From Tubulanus polymorphus (taxonomy: Eukaryota > Animalia > Nemertea), in NCBI RefSeq assembly GCF_964204645.1, contig NC_134025.1:5528871-5592870 (forward strand): DNA of 64,000 nucleotides, written 5' to 3'. The notes below the pieces were generated by a model. The model made no database searches and was not told the DNA's origin. It saw only the letters and a list, made by a program, of their open reading frames with translations. The position numbers were made by a program, and so were the translations under genes. Below, piece by piece: positions 60,501 to 64,000 of this stretch. How positions within the stretch are numbered: the first letter of the stretch is position 1; every line of letters begins with the position of its first letter.

Positions 60501-63500
60501 CTCGTGGACCGTGAAATAACTGCATTGATTAGGCGGGATAGTTTCGTCAATCAGTCTCTTGGCATATATTGACACCTAGGTTTACCATGGCGCCGTACTG
60601 AAAATATTGCCCGCGTCAACAAAGGGGTGTTGAGTGGTACTACATGTAGAAAATTGCCAGGTTTTATTGACAGTGCGTAACAAATGACTTGATTCCTAAT
60701 GCCGGCCCCATTCGCGAACTCAATTCAGTCCGAGTGCATTGATGGTCTTTTTACTTATTTTCTAATATATATATATAGCCTATTCGAGAAATATTATACG
60801 CTATCGTTTGGAACCGATAACTCCTCTTTTAACCCGTCAGTGCTACTTTTTACGCTTCGAACACTGAAAACTAAAGAGTTGACCCTGCATGCTGTAAACT
60901 GCTGAAACTGGAAAAAAACACATCCTGTAAATTGAACACGGCCAAGTGGTTCTTTTCGTGTATTTGATTAGATATACTTCTGATGCCAAAATATTTATAT
61001 GTAGGATCTCTGGCGTAATTTCTAAGCGAAATTAACTTTGAAGTGGACAAGAAAATTTCGTGAACCTGGTGTGATTTGATTTGCCGGCAGGTGCCCACGA
61101 GTTATTCCTCGTCGCGCTAAATGGCGATGGTTATCCGACGTCCCAGATGACGACGAAGCAATTACACATGAAGTAATTCTGAGTTGGCAGCAGCAAATTT
61201 TCCTGTCAGAGCTCTTAAGGCCCCGAAGTCTCTTGAACCGAGTGTAATTTAATCGAATCGAGACCAACCGTGCCCGGCGCTTAGGAGACGAGTCGGCGGT
61301 AGCAGGCGGATCTCGGTTGTATACGTCGACTGACGAATTACTTTTTGATGACGTACAACTTTGAGATTCATGAGTGAACACCAGAGAGTAAAATTCAAGT
61401 CGCAGATGATATGAATGTTTTTCAATTTTCCGTAGCAGTAAATGCTCGCTGATGTAATATTTGTTTTCTTGATTGAACTGTAACGAAGTTAGAGAAAAGT
61501 GCCGTCTGCTATCTATTCCATTTCATTTTCAGTTATCCCCTCCCCTTCATCGAACAGTCACAACTTCGCCTTGGGTTAATGATAACTCATGCTTATTTTC
61601 TTCAATAATTTTTCACATTAGTATTCTCAGCTGCTGCACAATTTCAGTGAAAATCGGGCAGAGAATTTTCTTCATGCCTGATTTCTTAATTCGGTATCTA
61701 TTTTCCGGCAGAACTTTCGGAAAGTATCGCAGTTAACAAAAAGGACGCGTTGAAATTCAGTACACCAATTTCTCATACTAAGTATTACGTCAATTAGGCC
61801 ACCAGCCTTTCGGTGACTCTTAAATCCGGGATTTAAGTTTACTTTTCGCCAAGCCTGTATTGACTTTGCGTGTGGAAATTTTTAAGCCCGAAATAGTGGC
61901 TCCCGAAAGGACCTGAGGCTACTGAAGTATTATGCGAGGAGAAAAGATGGATGGAAACTTAGCGGCGGCATAAAACGTGCTCTCTGTAGTTGAAAATGTT
62001 GAGAAACCATGGCGATGGTGAAGGCATTGACATATTCGATGTTTATCAGACACTTTTATTCGCTAGGGAACGGGACAGTAATTCCATTCAGTCGCATCCT
62101 CCGGAGTGATTTAAGACCTTTTAGTAACAAAGCCTACAAGATGAAATGAAATGAACAACAGGGTTATACAAAACCACAATAGTGCCGATGCCTCTTCGTT
62201 TTATGCCGTCTTAACTGCTTTTTGTATCTTGGAATGGATGGACTACTTGTTGTTTTTTTTACGCACAATGTACTTCAGGAAATTCTTCTCAACGTTACAA
62301 CACTTAATTCTACCTGAAAATTATTTCAGAAAAATGAGATAACCATCATAAAATCTCCGATAACAGTGCTTGAAGCTCACTTGTTCATAGAATGCAGACT
62401 TAATTTCTTAATACATGCCAACATCATGTGTTACATTTTTTAAAGTTGTTTTTCGAGGCAAGCATAACATATTTGCAATAATTGCACCATACCGATGATT
62501 TTTTTAGGTTTCATTAAGTCGACAGTACGGCAGATCCGAAAGGTATCATATTATTTAACCATATGCCCGAATCCTGGCATGCATATATCTTTGAAACTAG
62601 ATACAAAAGAGTACTTTCCCTATTATGAGTATTCGCTCTTCAAACCCACTTCTCTCTAACGAGTAAAACCCACAATTACTTCTGTAAAAACAGTTTATTG
62701 TCTTACAGTTTCGAGGTTCAAACTAAACCTCATCTTTGGAGGAACAAAAAATACAATGATCCACTTTTCTTTATTTTTATCATCATCGTTTGATTTTATC
62801 TTTACATTAATATAAATCCTACAAACCGTCCTGGACCCAACCCTTAATGGCGGGACGGACATTCAGGAGGTGTGAAAGCCCCATCAAATCTTGTCTTGTT
62901 GATGATTCTTAGATAAAATTGATAGTTAGTCCCGTTGTCAATTAGTTTCTTTTTTTAATTCATGGTTAGAAACTCTTAACTCTGATTAAAAATTCTGTTC
63001 CCATACTAGGCCGCAAATTCCCGACATTTTGTTTTGATATAATTTGAAATGCGACCGTCTGAAATGAAATCGTTTACGCTCGTTTTGGGATATGACAATC
63101 ATTACTAATGGTAATTCTAATTCGATTCTACCTGTCTTATGACGGGGTTGTGAATCATGGCGCATTCGTCCGCTCTCAGTTTTAGCCTGGTGCTATAATC
63201 GCCTGCGCTCTGGTACCGTATAGTTCGGGGCGATGATGCTGCAATAATCAGACATGTGATCTCGTATCCCCCTCATTAACAGTTAATGTAGTTAATGTCT
63301 TTATCCTGAATCAATTTGCCACCATCGACACCACTCATTTACTGCATAACAATTAATCATTGCGTTGTCGTCGTAGTCGTACTATGAAGGGTTCTCGTAA
63401 CGTTGTTGCAATGGTTCAGTCTCCATTTCATTACGTTTTCCATTCGATTTCCTACAATTTAATGCCTATATAGCCAAATGTCTACCGACATCATTAAGCC

Positions 63501-64000
63501 TACGTAAGCTAAAGATAATCGCAGATAATATACCCAGCTGAAATAATACAGAGTTCTAGTGAATGAGCGTAGATGATCGCGCAGGGACATCTTTTTTCTG
63601 ATCTTAAGCTCTCACGATTATGAAATCTGGATTATTTCTAATTCGTGATCGTCGTTAAAAGTCGAGTTCTTATGAAATATTTTGGTTTTAAGGCTCTAGA
63701 TGGCCCATATGTGTATACTATGTTTAATTCAACCCTTATGAGAGGGTCTTTTGCATGAACGAAATCAATCGCCGTATAGGAAATTGGATATTACACGTTG
63801 ATTTATACGTTTTCGAATACGCTCTTGGGATTCGAAAGGAATTCTCGGTTAATCTCACTCAAAGACATTTATTTGGTATCGGGATTTTTCTATTTGAATG
63901 GTATCAATTCAATTGAGCAGTACTGTCGCTGATCGTTTTGTTTTGTTGTATAACTTATATATAAGCACAGAATGCGTCGATCTCTTTACGTGAAATCATC

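Overview
This window is eukaryotic nuclear DNA, not prokaryotic. It is AT-rich and its genes are interrupted by GT-AG introns, with small introns of about 80-200 bp in the PWP1 gene and multi-kb introns elsewhere. It looks like an invertebrate metazoan. The presence of a vault-type PARP4 argues against an insect or nematode, which lack it (the lineage call is inference).

Three protein-coding genes fill the first 42 kb:
- **Axonemal dynein heavy chain, minus strand, 296 to about 25020.** The stop codon is at 296-298. The four AAA P-loops, the stalk, the microtubule-binding domain and the C-terminal domain are all recognisable. The 5' end and first coding exon are not resolved.
- **PARP4 / vault PARP orthologue, minus strand, 26400..37547.** Domain order is BRCT, PARP catalytic, VIT, VWA, then a single 1.8-kb proline-rich exon and a C-terminal domain.
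- **PWP1 (periodic tryptophan protein 1, a WD40 protein), plus strand, 38666..41787.** It is transcribed divergently from PARP4. I resolved 15 exons; the joined CDS is 1644 nt (547 aa).

Downstream, 41.9-64 kb is a gene-poor AT-rich stretch of about 22 kb. It has no convincing ORFs, a few CpG-richer islands and microsatellites.

I found no CRISPR array, operon or prokaryote-type defence or mobile system. The most notable observations are:
- an apparent catalytic Glu to Gln substitution in the PARP4 ART domain (H-Y-Q);
- two MITEs, one piggyBac-like with TTAA flanks and one with about 100-bp TIRs;
- a 68-bp-arm hairpin around a (TA)n tract, next to tandem about 340-bp pseudo-exon repeats inside a PARP4 intron where exon phase does not close cleanly;
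- a 68-aa tandem repeat inside the PARP4 proline-rich exon;
- a compact head-to-head PARP4/PWP1 promoter.

All coordinates were derived by hand translation and splice-site reading. Exon bounds marked approximate are taken from the ORF track only.
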